DNA from: Candidatus Thorarchaeota archaeon
Lineage (GTDB): Archaea > Asgardarchaeota > Thorarchaeia > Thorarchaeales > Thorarchaeaceae
DNA: 25,528 nt
Direction of reading: 5' to 3'
NCBI GenBank assembly: GCA_016840855.1
Contig: JAEORO010000036.1
Location: 1 to 25,528, forward strand
The translations under genes were made by a program, and so were the position numbers. The notes under the pieces were generated by a model that made no database searches, was not told the DNA's origin, and saw only the letters and a list, made by a program, of their open reading frames with translations. Shown here piece after piece: positions 8,488 through 16,834 of the stretch; position 1 is the stretch's first letter; each line of letters begins with the position of its first letter.

Positions 8488-9177
8488 TCAGAGGGTCTGA
8501 TCAAATTCAGAGATTGGACCCTGGCCTACCACCACACCCTTTCTAAGTGTCACAAATTCATCACATAATGCTGCTCCAAGAGCTAGATTGTGTGTTGTTA
8601 CAATTGTTGTTCGCAAATTCCTAAACTCGTTTAGATAATTCCAAAAGTCTTCAGTTGTATCTTTATCAAGTCCACTAAAAGGCTCATCCAAAAGTAGCAA
8701 TTCTGGATTGTGTATCAAACTTCGGACTATATCGAGTCTCTTTTTGAGCCCTGTTGAGAGGTTCTTAACGGGTTCTTGAAGCCATGACTGAATACCAAAC
8801 CTTGGTGCTAAACCATCTAGCTGAGATTTGAAGAAATCAGATGACAGTCCGAATAATTTGGAGTAGAACCAAAGGTTCTCAAATCCAGTGAGTTCCTCAT
8901 AAAGAAGCGGCTTGTCACCAACCAAACCTATACGTTTCTTCACTTCCTCAGATTCTTCTTGAGGGTCAAAACCCATTACAGAAATCTTTCCTCCATGGGG
9001 CCGAAGCAGGGTCGATATTACGCGCATAAGTGTGGTCTTTCCTGCACCATTCGAGCCAAAAAGCCCTTGAATGCCATTCTTCGAAAAACTAAGCGATACT
9101 TCCCTTAGCGCTACTCTATAACCATACCGTCTTGTGAGTTCAAAAGTTTCAATGGCTTTTGACAATGGGAAGTTCAC
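8488..9177 (-). CDS. ccmA: Heme exporter ABC ATPase CcmA
   Basis: Walker A GSNGAGKTT, signature LSTG, Walker B LLLLDEP and H-loop TTHN. Adjacent to ccmB. Confidence 0.9.
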   Translation of the reverse strand: MNFPLSKAIETFELTRRYGYRVALREVSLSFSKNGIQGLFGSNGAGKTTLMRVISTLLRPHGGKISVMGFDPQEESEEVKKRIGLVGDKPLLYEELTGFENLWFYSKLFGLSSDFFKSQLDGLAPRFGIQSWLQEPVKNLSTGLKKRLDIVRSLIHNPELLLLDEPFSGLDKDTTEDFWNYLNEFRNLRTTIVTTHNLALGAALCDEFVTLRKGVVVGQGPISEFDQTL

Positions 9178-9278
9178 CTTTATGCTTAGCTCATCGCTCT
9201 TGCCACCCTATTTAATTTGATGGATGGGTTGTAAGGGTTTTTTCAGGGATATCTATTTCCAGTGAGTTGTTCACATTT

Positions 9279-10496
9279 TCAACCTAGTCCCATCAGACTG
9301 ATGAATAAATCTTCGATATTGAGAACTTTGATCTTGACTCCTCTTTTCTTGACTGCATCTAAGAAATTGAGCTTACAGAATACACATGATGAAACGATTG
9401 TTGTAGCGCCAGTTTCAAGTGCCTGATTCAGTCTTCGTGCAGCAACATTAACTGCATTTTCCCCAAATCCTGCTTTGAATCCTCCTCCAGCTCCACAACA
9501 GACAGAGTTTTGTCTATTCCTTTCCATCTCAACAAACTCGAGACCAGGAATGCTCTTCAAAATCTCTCGTGGAGCTTCGAACACTCCGACATGACGACCA
9601 AGATGGCAAGGATCGTGATATGTTACAGTCTCAGGATAACTTCCTTTCCATTCAAGTTCACCCTTCTTCAACTTTAGGGCTAGAAACTGAGTAAGATGCT
9701 GTGTGGAGAATGGTAAAATTCCATGTCGTTCTCTGTAGAAGCGAGGCCAATCGAGTGTCGTTGTTCTATAGCAGCCTGAACATGAGAAAATGACATGTTC
9801 AATACCTCGGGTCTTCATCTGTTCTACATTGTGGAGTATGAACTTTTCCGCCTCAAGAGTACCAATGTAATCCTTCTCTCCATCTTCAGACTCTTCATAT
9901 ACTGGTCGAGTCACTTGTCCTGTCCTAATCAACGGACTACAACAACAGTATTCATCAGCACCAAGAATCTGTGGCTCTATTCCGAAGTAATTTAGCATGC
10001 GCAATGTTGCATCTGCGATTTCAGGTCTCTTATATGATGCTGTGCAGCCAACAAAATAGCCCCACTCTGAATCATCTGAGATTCGTGTGTCAGGTTTGAC
10101 CCACGCACCTCGTTCTTTTGGGTCTTCTCCAAATACATTATTGCGCTTCAGCGCCAAATCTCCCATTACGTGAAGTTTTCCATAGGGTCCTTTCCCTAAT
10201 TGTACAAGTTTCTTTCTTACATCCTCTATTATTCTCACATATGGAACCTTGATAGGACAACGTTCTACACATTGCTCGCAGGTACTGCAGGCATAAACTG
10301 CTCTGACAAAACTTTCATCCACAGGAAGGTTCTTTTCAACATATGAACGCAAGAGGCGAAGTCTCCCACCGGCAAAAAATGCCTCAGATTGAAACTCCTC
10401 GTAGCTAGTACATGTCCATCTACAGGTTGAGCAATTACTACAAAGGACTATCTGATCAGGATCGACATCAAGTTCTGAAGTGAAAAATCTCTTCAT
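9279..10496 (-). CDS. GlcF/HdrD-like Fe-S protein (2x[4Fe-4S] plus two CCG domains)
   Basis: CSNCSTCRWTC and CSTCEQCVERCP; GC..YCCC..CSGC and HDPC..CCG..CVFC. The start overlaps the upstream stop (TAATG). Confidence 0.92.
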   Translation of the reverse strand: MKRFFTSELDVDPDQIVLCSNCSTCRWTCTSYEEFQSEAFFAGGRLRLLRSYVEKNLPVDESFVRAVYACSTCEQCVERCPIKVPYVRIIEDVRKKLVQLGKGPYGKLHVMGDLALKRNNVFGEDPKERGAWVKPDTRISDDSEWGYFVGCTASYKRPEIADATLRMLNYFGIEPQILGADEYCCCSPLIRTGQVTRPVYEESEDGEKDYIGTLEAEKFILHNVEQMKTRGIEHVIFSCSGCYRTTTLDWPRFYRERHGILPFSTQHLTQFLALKLKKGELEWKGSYPETVTYHDPCHLGRHVGVFEAPREILKSIPGLEFVEMERNRQNSVCCGAGGGFKAGFGENAVNVAARRLNQALETGATTIVSSCVFCKLNFLDAVKKRGVKIKVLNIEDLFISLMGLG

Positions 10497-11974
10497 TAGA
10501 TATTCCCCTCCTGATATGTGATTGGAATTTGGAGTATGTTCTTGGCTCGTCGTAATATTGCTTGCAATCTTCGAAAATGACCGTTCATTGTGAACATTAG
10601 ATTCAGCCGCGTATATGACATGTTACAATGAGTCAACTTGTCTGGGTTCATTATCCCTTTTGGATCCCATTTCTCTCTAAGTTTTATGTACCGTCTATAA
10701 TCCTCTGGCTGATATCGTTTAATATATACTGTGTTCTGGAGACCTAGTGTGTACAAAGTTCCTCCTAGTCGATACATCATCTTTACTAACTTATGCAGCA
10801 TTGACTTTCCAGCCATGAAGTGCATCCAATGTCTATGGTCTGAAGGAGCAAAAGCACAAAGTCTTGCTTTTGATGATCCACCAAGAACTAGATAAAAGCA
10901 CGAGTTAATTTTGAAGTTGTGTGCGATTTTATACATCCTTTTCACAATGGGCTCAACATACTCCAATGGAACCCAAAAGTTCTGCATTGATAATGTTGGG
11001 ACTTCTAATTTTAGTTTCATTTCAACAATATACCTATCATCCCAGTTTTTCTGATAATAGTCCTGCTGCATTTCATGACCACCAGCGACCTCGAAGATTC
11101 CCCGTGCGGTCTTTATTGATTCATTTACCTCATCAGCAGATCCACTATATGTAACCATGATAAAGAACAGACCTTTTGTGTTAGGGGGAAGGCCTCCCTG
11201 TATTCGCCACTCATATTCAAGATCAGTGAGTCGTAGATAGATAGGTTGTGTTTTGGTTTTACTAAGTCGAGTGAGAACATCTATTGCCTTTCCTAGCTCA
11301 TCAAATGCAAACATCAGTCCCTCTGTTGATTCTGGAATTGGAATTACTTTCAACTTGATTGTGGTGACAACTCCTGCAATTCCAGAAGTCCCATAAAAGG
11401 GCAGCATGTCTTCACCTGTCACAGTTTCAATTGTGCCATTAGGTCTCACCACTTCCATTTCCAGTATATTCTCAATCATTGAACCATATTTTGGAGTACC
11501 GATACCAGCCTTACCACCAATTGCTAACCATCCCGCAAGTGTGGACGCAACACTACTCTGCGGTGCTACTGGAGTTGTAAGTCCATGTTTTCTCAACTCA
11601 TTATTCAGAATCTCCCAAACTGCTCCTGCTTCAACTATTGTCCACCCTTTTTCTTTGTTAACTTCTTTTATTTTATCCATTCGTTTAGTATCAATCACAA
11701 CGCCGCCTCTGGTGGGGCTTGCTGAACCATAATAGCATGTACCTCCACCTCTTGGGATGGTTGGAATATTATTGTTTGAAGCGAAATTCATGATGGCTGA
11801 AACTTGATCATTAGTTTCTGGCCAAGCCACAAAATCAGCTAGCCATTTCTTTTTCCATCTATAGTGATAATAGGGAATGCCTGTTGTATCTCCACTTGCA
11901 GAAAGACGTTCTGCCATAAGATTGCTGACCCACGAAACCTCTGATAAATCTCTGATTGACTCTGTCGCATTCAA
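10496..11974 (-). CDS. FAD-binding oxidoreductase of VAO/PCMH (GlcD-like) fold, subtype A
   Basis: PRGGGT, STLAGWLAIGG, GTSGIAGVVT and C-terminal WDPKGIMNP. Paralog of 22351-23820 (shared YHYRWK motif). Confidence 0.9.
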   Translation of the reverse strand: MNATESIRDLSEVSWVSNLMAERLSASGDTTGIPYYHYRWKKKWLADFVAWPETNDQVSAIMNFASNNNIPTIPRGGGTCYYGSASPTRGGVVIDTKRMDKIKEVNKEKGWTIVEAGAVWEILNNELRKHGLTTPVAPQSSVASTLAGWLAIGGKAGIGTPKYGSMIENILEMEVVRPNGTIETVTGEDMLPFYGTSGIAGVVTTIKLKVIPIPESTEGLMFAFDELGKAIDVLTRLSKTKTQPIYLRLTDLEYEWRIQGGLPPNTKGLFFIMVTYSGSADEVNESIKTARGIFEVAGGHEMQQDYYQKNWDDRYIVEMKLKLEVPTLSMQNFWVPLEYVEPIVKRMYKIAHNFKINSCFYLVLGGSSKARLCAFAPSDHRHWMHFMAGKSMLHKLVKMMYRLGGTLYTLGLQNTVYIKRYQPEDYRRYIKLREKWDPKGIMNPDKLTHCNMSYTRLNLMFTMNGHFRRLQAILRRAKNILQIPITYQEGNI

Positions 11975-11986
11975 CCTTAATCACCT

Positions 11987-12397
11987 CTAAGCAATGTACT
12001 GAATGTATCCCATAGCAAAGACTATGGTCCAACATATCGCAGCTACTAATCCTGGAATATGTGTCCTTATGCCTGAGATTCCAGTTAGGAATGCACCAAT
12101 TCCAGAAATGTAACCTAACGTTCCCAAGCCAATATGAATCAAATGAAATAAGTCCGCTCCACCAGCACCGAGAAGTGTGCCAGTAAGAGGTAAAATAGTC
12201 ACAATATTGATTGTTGTTAGTAATAGTGATAGACCTGCACATAGACCATGGGCAAATGTGTACTTTTCCTTTGAAACATAGTATAATGCTGTCCCAATAT
12301 AGAGAAGTATTAGGGCTGGAAGTCCCAAGATCACAGTCATGTGTAAATTGTTAAACTGTAAAACTTGGAATTGATTGGTTGATAGATAGGATGTCAT
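11987..12397 (-). CDS. Four-TM membrane protein with conserved His, putative cytochrome b-like (DUF420/b561-like)
   Basis: Four hydrophobic helices with His in NLHMT, FAHGL and FHLIH. It aligns by eye with the C-terminal domain of 23831-25042. AGGAGG RBS. Confidence 0.65.
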   Translation of the reverse strand: MTSYLSTNQFQVLQFNNLHMTVILGLPALILLYIGTALYYVSKEKYTFAHGLCAGLSLLLTTINIVTILPLTGTLLGAGGADLFHLIHIGLGTLGYISGIGAFLTGISGIRTHIPGLVAAICWTIVFAMGYIQYIA

Positions 12398-12605
12398 CTA
12401 TTTTCCTCCTTGAACAGAATAAGTTGCTTTTGATGAACAAAGTTGAAACAAAGAATAATTTTGGTATTCTGAAAATGCAATGAACAATCTCGTAGATTGC
12501 ATGGAATTCGTAAGAAACTCTACTATCTCCTGATTAGTCTGGAAAAATCGACTTGTAGGTAGATGGGTCAAGCATTAACCAACTCCAGCAAATATCGTAC
12601 CTCCT

Positions 12606-14327
12606 TTAATGGAAGATTTTTCTAAAGAACCTCAGGAATGGTGTTCCTATTGAAAGCACAACCGTAATTGGTACCAGATTCGCAAATTCAGACACCACAA
12701 ATCCTGCAAATAGTCCTACTATGAACCAGACCAAAAAACTAGCCATATCGTTCACGAATATCCAAGGGACATATGCTTGAATTATCGATGGTACCAAAAT
12801 ACCTGCTAACCAAACCACAATTGGTGCCACTAATCCAGCTATGAGCATAATTAGTATGTTCAGTCGAACACTAAGAACCAATGGTCCTGGGAAGACTTTG
12901 TGTGAATTGAGAAATCCATTCTTGTCTGTTTTCCGTTTGAGATTAGACATTTTTGTGTAGTTCTCTTTTCCATAGAAACTTCTAGAGTGAGCAGCATTCC
13001 ACATGCCTATTGAATAGGCTCTACCACCATGTTTCAAACCAAGATTGATTACATCCAATGAGCGATACCAACCCATGAGGAAAGAAATTCTTCGTCGCTC
13101 ATCATCAGGGAACCATGTTAGGACAGCTACTTCACCTTTGTCCGTAATAGCTCCTTCAAGTGCGAAATCTTCCGATTTGAAGTGTTTGTTCATATGATTG
13201 ATATATTCATCCAAGTTTTCTAGCGGCACATAGACCTCTGAAGGAGCAAGACTGGGCCCAAGTCGTTTGATTCGCATTGGGTAGAAACGTTCACTCCATT
13301 CATGTTCCGCAACCTCATCGGATTCAAGAGATCCACTGTATCTACTCACGATATGTTTGAGCTTCTCAATTTCTGTAGCAATCTCATCTTCAGTTCCTTC
13401 GAATGCACATGATATGATGAATTCTCCTGTTGTTGGTGGTGCTTGATTCACTTCTTTCAACATCTTGTAGAAATTATCAGTGATGAAGTGCAAATAGAAT
13501 GGTCTTGTGGCTTCAAGGATATCCTGAAGTGCTCCAACCATTAGACTTTGGCTTCGAAAAGATGATGTGGTGGGTTTTATGTCTCTCAATGGTATTATTT
13601 TCAAGACAACTTTAGTAATAATCCCAAGAGCGCCATTGCTATCTACAAATAGTTGCGTTGAGTCAGGATTGTAAGTTATTCTATCACTAATTTCTCCGTA
13701 GAAGGAATCTCCGCCAATGAAATCATTTCTCTCTTTGTCAACCACGAATTTTTCTTCAGAAGTTTCCGTTGTTCGAATGATTTCACCATCTGGTAGAACA
13801 ACTTCCAGATCTACAACTTGTTCGGCAATTCCTCCATATTTAGTGCTACCAATGCCACTACCACCAGCAGCCACCCAGCCACCAACGGTGCTTGATGGAG
13901 CACTTGATGGATAGGCTGCAACAGTCAATCCCTCATCTTCAAGTTCTTCTATCAACTTCCCCCAAATTATACCCGAACCTACTTCTACAGTCATATTTTC
14001 TCTGTCAATGTGATGAATCTGATTTAATCTGGTCATCTCAAGAACAAGTCCGCCTCTTGTGGGCAGAGCACCTCCGTAACCACTCGTGCCATGTCCTCTA
14101 GGAACTACGGGGATGTGTTCCTGCTTGCAATATGTTAGAAGATTGGATACAACCTCAGTAGTTGATGGTTGCGCCACAGCTTCCGCATTCGGATTCAAAA
14201 CATCATTGACAATTCCGGGTAAAGCAGCAATATCATGAGAATATAGTTTGGTCATATATTCTTCTGAAGAGAAATAGTCTTCACCTGCTATATCTGCCAA
14301 TTTTTGCATATGCTTCTTCGCAATCAT
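12606..14327 (-). CDS. FAD-binding oxidoreductase of VAO/PCMH fold with a C-terminal membrane anchor, subtype B
   Basis: PRGHGTSGYGG, YPSSAPSSTVGGW and RFYPMRIKRLGPSL, plus a hydrophobic C-terminal extension of about 90 aa. Paralog of 16835-18556. Confidence 0.9.
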   Translation of the reverse strand: MIAKKHMQKLADIAGEDYFSSEEYMTKLYSHDIAALPGIVNDVLNPNAEAVAQPSTTEVVSNLLTYCKQEHIPVVPRGHGTSGYGGALPTRGGLVLEMTRLNQIHHIDRENMTVEVGSGIIWGKLIEELEDEGLTVAAYPSSAPSSTVGGWVAAGGSGIGSTKYGGIAEQVVDLEVVLPDGEIIRTTETSEEKFVVDKERNDFIGGDSFYGEISDRITYNPDSTQLFVDSNGALGIITKVVLKIIPLRDIKPTTSSFRSQSLMVGALQDILEATRPFYLHFITDNFYKMLKEVNQAPPTTGEFIISCAFEGTEDEIATEIEKLKHIVSRYSGSLESDEVAEHEWSERFYPMRIKRLGPSLAPSEVYVPLENLDEYINHMNKHFKSEDFALEGAITDKGEVAVLTWFPDDERRRISFLMGWYRSLDVINLGLKHGGRAYSIGMWNAAHSRSFYGKENYTKMSNLKRKTDKNGFLNSHKVFPGPLVLSVRLNILIMLIAGLVAPIVVWLAGILVPSIIQAYVPWIFVNDMASFLVWFIVGLFAGFVVSEFANLVPITVVLSIGTPFLRFFRKIFH

Positions 14328-14339
14328 TTACTGCACCAC

Positions 14340-15518
14340 CTAGAGATCCAATGCTTCAGCAACTATTTGTGACAAATCTTTGAATTGTATTTTTGACTGG
14401 CGATTTTCTATACCATCATTCAATGACATTGTACAAGATGGACATTCACTCGAAAGTATCGTGGCTCCTGTCTTCTCTGCTTCTTCAATACGTCTTGCTG
14501 ATACCCTCACAGATGCAACAGGATATGTGCCCTTCAAAAGCCCGCCGCCTCCACAGCAACGTGCTTTGTTACGGTTATGTTTCATCTCCTTCAGCTTAAG
14601 CCCTGGTATAGCTTTCAAGACCTCACGTGCTGGATTGTAGATGTTCTGATGTCTACCTAATTCACAAGGATCGTGCCATACTACTTCATGAGGGTATTCT
14701 TTCCTGAATTTGATCTTCCCATCCCTGAGTAATCTCAGGACAAACTCAGAGAATGGCAGGAATTCAAGACCCTCTACAACTTCCTTTCCGAGAAGGTGTG
14801 GATATTCCTCTGCAAAAGCCCGGTGACATCCTGGGCAGTTGAAGACAACTGTTTTGACACCAAGAGTCTTGAGAGCCTTAATATTATGCATGGCTAATTC
14901 TTTGCCCTTATCAAAGCCGCCTGCAACAAAGTATGGATTTCCACAACAGAATTCTTCGTCTCCAAGAACAGTGAAATCAATTCCTGCAGCGTTCATGACT
15001 TTGATTGTGTTTTCACCCATATGTGCTAAGGTTCCCTTGAAAGAGATATTACATCCAGCAAAATAAGCAACCTCTGCTTGAATACCAATCCTATCTTCAA
15101 CTAAATCATCAACCATATCTGTCCAGAGGGTTCTGTCAGCCTGATCCATCTCCATGATGTTCTGAGTTTGCTGAAGCGAGTCGTCAATGTAATTCACTAT
15201 CTCTGGCCATTGTTCGAGCTTACCAATTTCCTGTCGAGTAAGTTGCCAAAACCTAAGAAGAGGAATATTCGTTTGGCAAATCTCTTGGCAAGCTCCACAC
15301 AATGTGCAATAGAAGATTCTACTTGCAAAGTCACTTGGTATTGGCTTGTTTTCCTTTATGAGTGACTTGAGCTGGTATAATTTTCCTCTAGGTGACTGAG
15401 AGTCCCAAAGTGTATCTAGATATGCTGGGCAGACAAATGTGCAGAATCCACATCTAGCGCACACTGTTGGCTCAATATCGAGCCCTTCAAGTTTGAGGGA
15501 TTCGAATAGATTTGTCAT
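14340..15518 (-). CDS. GlcF/HdrD-like Fe-S protein (2x[4Fe-4S] plus two CCG domains)
   Basis: CARCGFCTFVCP, SPRGK and CTLCGACQEIC; GC..CCG..CPGC and HDPC..CCGGGG..CPSC. Confidence 0.93.
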   Translation of the reverse strand: MTNLFESLKLEGLDIEPTVCARCGFCTFVCPAYLDTLWDSQSPRGKLYQLKSLIKENKPIPSDFASRIFYCTLCGACQEICQTNIPLLRFWQLTRQEIGKLEQWPEIVNYIDDSLQQTQNIMEMDQADRTLWTDMVDDLVEDRIGIQAEVAYFAGCNISFKGTLAHMGENTIKVMNAAGIDFTVLGDEEFCCGNPYFVAGGFDKGKELAMHNIKALKTLGVKTVVFNCPGCHRAFAEEYPHLLGKEVVEGLEFLPFSEFVLRLLRDGKIKFRKEYPHEVVWHDPCELGRHQNIYNPAREVLKAIPGLKLKEMKHNRNKARCCGGGGLLKGTYPVASVRVSARRIEEAEKTGATILSSECPSCTMSLNDGIENRQSKIQFKDLSQIVAEALDL

Positions 15519-15533
15519 TGCTGCTTCTCCTTA

Positions 15534-16037
15534 TCATGGCCAAGGTATTCCAATCCAATCCAAGATTGGCGATAGGATGGATGTTTCATAAACAGCTATT
15601 CCACCTAAAGCACCCATTATCATCATCAAAACGCCACCAAAGATTACGAGTATGGCATAAGGGAAATAACTACTCGCTTTAACCCACACACCATCTCCAA
15701 GTTTCGCACGTACTATCATCAGATAGAGATAGATTTCAACTGAAACCACAGACCAAAGAATTTTGAAACGCATAATTGGCATCTGAACAAGAGTACTGAC
15801 TGGATACTCAGGCTCCATGAAACCTGTGACCATTCCTGCAATTAACCCCAGAAATCCAATGATACTGCCAATATAGATGAAGCCATCAAATTGATGGAAT
15901 AGACGTGCCAATCTTGTTCCAGGTGTATTGATGTTATCTCTAAAAAGAACCCGTAGAATAAGATTTACTAAAGCCACTGCAGCTGCTGCTGTCAAAATTC
16001 CTGTGTGGAAGTGCACAAATACGGGATGTATTGCCAT
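15534..16037 (-). CDS. Four-TM membrane protein, DUF2231-like (putative heme b binding)
   Basis: N-terminal HPVFVHF, C-terminal GALGGIAVY and four TMs. AGGTGA RBS. Confidence 0.65.
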   Translation of the reverse strand: MAIHPVFVHFHTGILTAAAAVALVNLILRVLFRDNINTPGTRLARLFHQFDGFIYIGSIIGFLGLIAGMVTGFMEPEYPVSTLVQMPIMRFKILWSVVSVEIYLYLMIVRAKLGDGVWVKASSYFPYAILVIFGGVLMMIMGALGGIAVYETSILSPILDWIGIPWP

Positions 16038-16055
16038 TTATCTCACCTATCCTTT

Positions 16056-16637
16056 CTATCTCCTCTTGATTGCCAAGTAACCAAGAACAACTAGAATGAG
16101 TCCTGTGGCGATAGGAACCCAAATTATCATCATGCTCCAAATCTCGTATAAATCGACTGTTGTTGGTGGTGGCGTTGTTGTTCCAGATTCGCCAGTTACA
16201 ACCACTGTCACATCAAATGATTGTGCAAGATCTCCACCTGCTGCTGTCCAAATTCGGATAGTAAATGTACCGTTCGTAAGTGGAGTGAAAGTGACGTCTA
16301 CTGATATCTCTCCATCAGCTGCATTAGTATCGTTCGTCGAATCATCTTGAACAAGAGGTTCAGAGATTGTGAAGTAATCATTATCTTCCCATCCACTTTT
16401 GATAGCGACATATTCTGCGCCATTCCCTGCATCAATCTGGAGAACAAAAGGCACTCCTGTCTCTGCATCTACTGATGAATTTGTAGTGAGTGTGAGTGTC
16501 GTAAATGTTTCATGACAACCAGCACTCCCACATTCACTTGAGAAATTTGGACTTGCGACAACTGAGCTTGCCGCAGCAACTAACAAAAGAAGAAAGCTCA
16601 TAATCACTAAGAGCTTAGTTGTATGGTTACGTTTCAT
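16056..16637 (-). CDS. Exported, C-terminally anchored beta-rich protein with a CX4CH motif (putative atypical monoheme cytochrome c)
   Basis: Signal peptide, then SPNFSSECGSAGCH, an acidic Thr-rich domain, a TTTPPPTT linker, and a C-terminal TM ending KRR. The motif cysteines are the only Cys in the protein. Confidence 0.68.
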   Translation of the reverse strand: MKRNHTTKLLVIMSFLLLLVAAASSVVASPNFSSECGSAGCHETFTTLTLTTNSSVDAETGVPFVLQIDAGNGAEYVAIKSGWEDNDYFTISEPLVQDDSTNDTNAADGEISVDVTFTPLTNGTFTIRIWTAAGGDLAQSFDVTVVVTGESGTTTPPPTTVDLYEIWSMMIIWVPIATGLILVVLGYLAIKRR

Positions 16638-16658
16638 AGCTTTGTCACCTAGATTTGG

Positions 16659-16671
16659 TTACATGTTGCAT
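16659..16671. promoter_or_regulatory. Candidate operator TTRCA-N3-TGYAA (one mismatch)
   Basis: TTACA-TGT-TGCAT about 21 nt upstream of the CX4CH gene start. A further half-site (TTGCA-AAT) sits inside the inverted repeat AACTTG-N6-CAAGTT at 16685-16702. Confidence 0.45.
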
Positions 16672-16834
16672 CTTTTGTTTCGATAACTTGCAAATTCAAG
16701 TTTCGTTTTGGAACATACGTCTCGTATAAGAGCATATTGGTTAACCATGTTATCTGCCTATATGCCCATTGTCAAGTAATTATATATTCTTGCATGCAAC
16801 GCCAAAGTTGTGGGCTATACTTTTACTTCAATCT

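Noticed and set aside
12398-12605. A 34-57 codon minus-strand ORF ending TAG directly in frame before the ATG of the four-TM gene (possible pyrrolysine readthrough), and an AGGAGGT followed by a short TGA-interrupted frame
   Set aside because: The downstream gene has its own AGGAGG RBS, the peptides show no similarity to the paralog's N-terminal domains, and no pyl or sel genes are in view. This is more likely a promoter region.
16790-16799. Perfect palindrome TTGCATGCAA
   Set aside because: It has the same half-sites but no spacer, so it does not fit the N3 geometry and may be chance.
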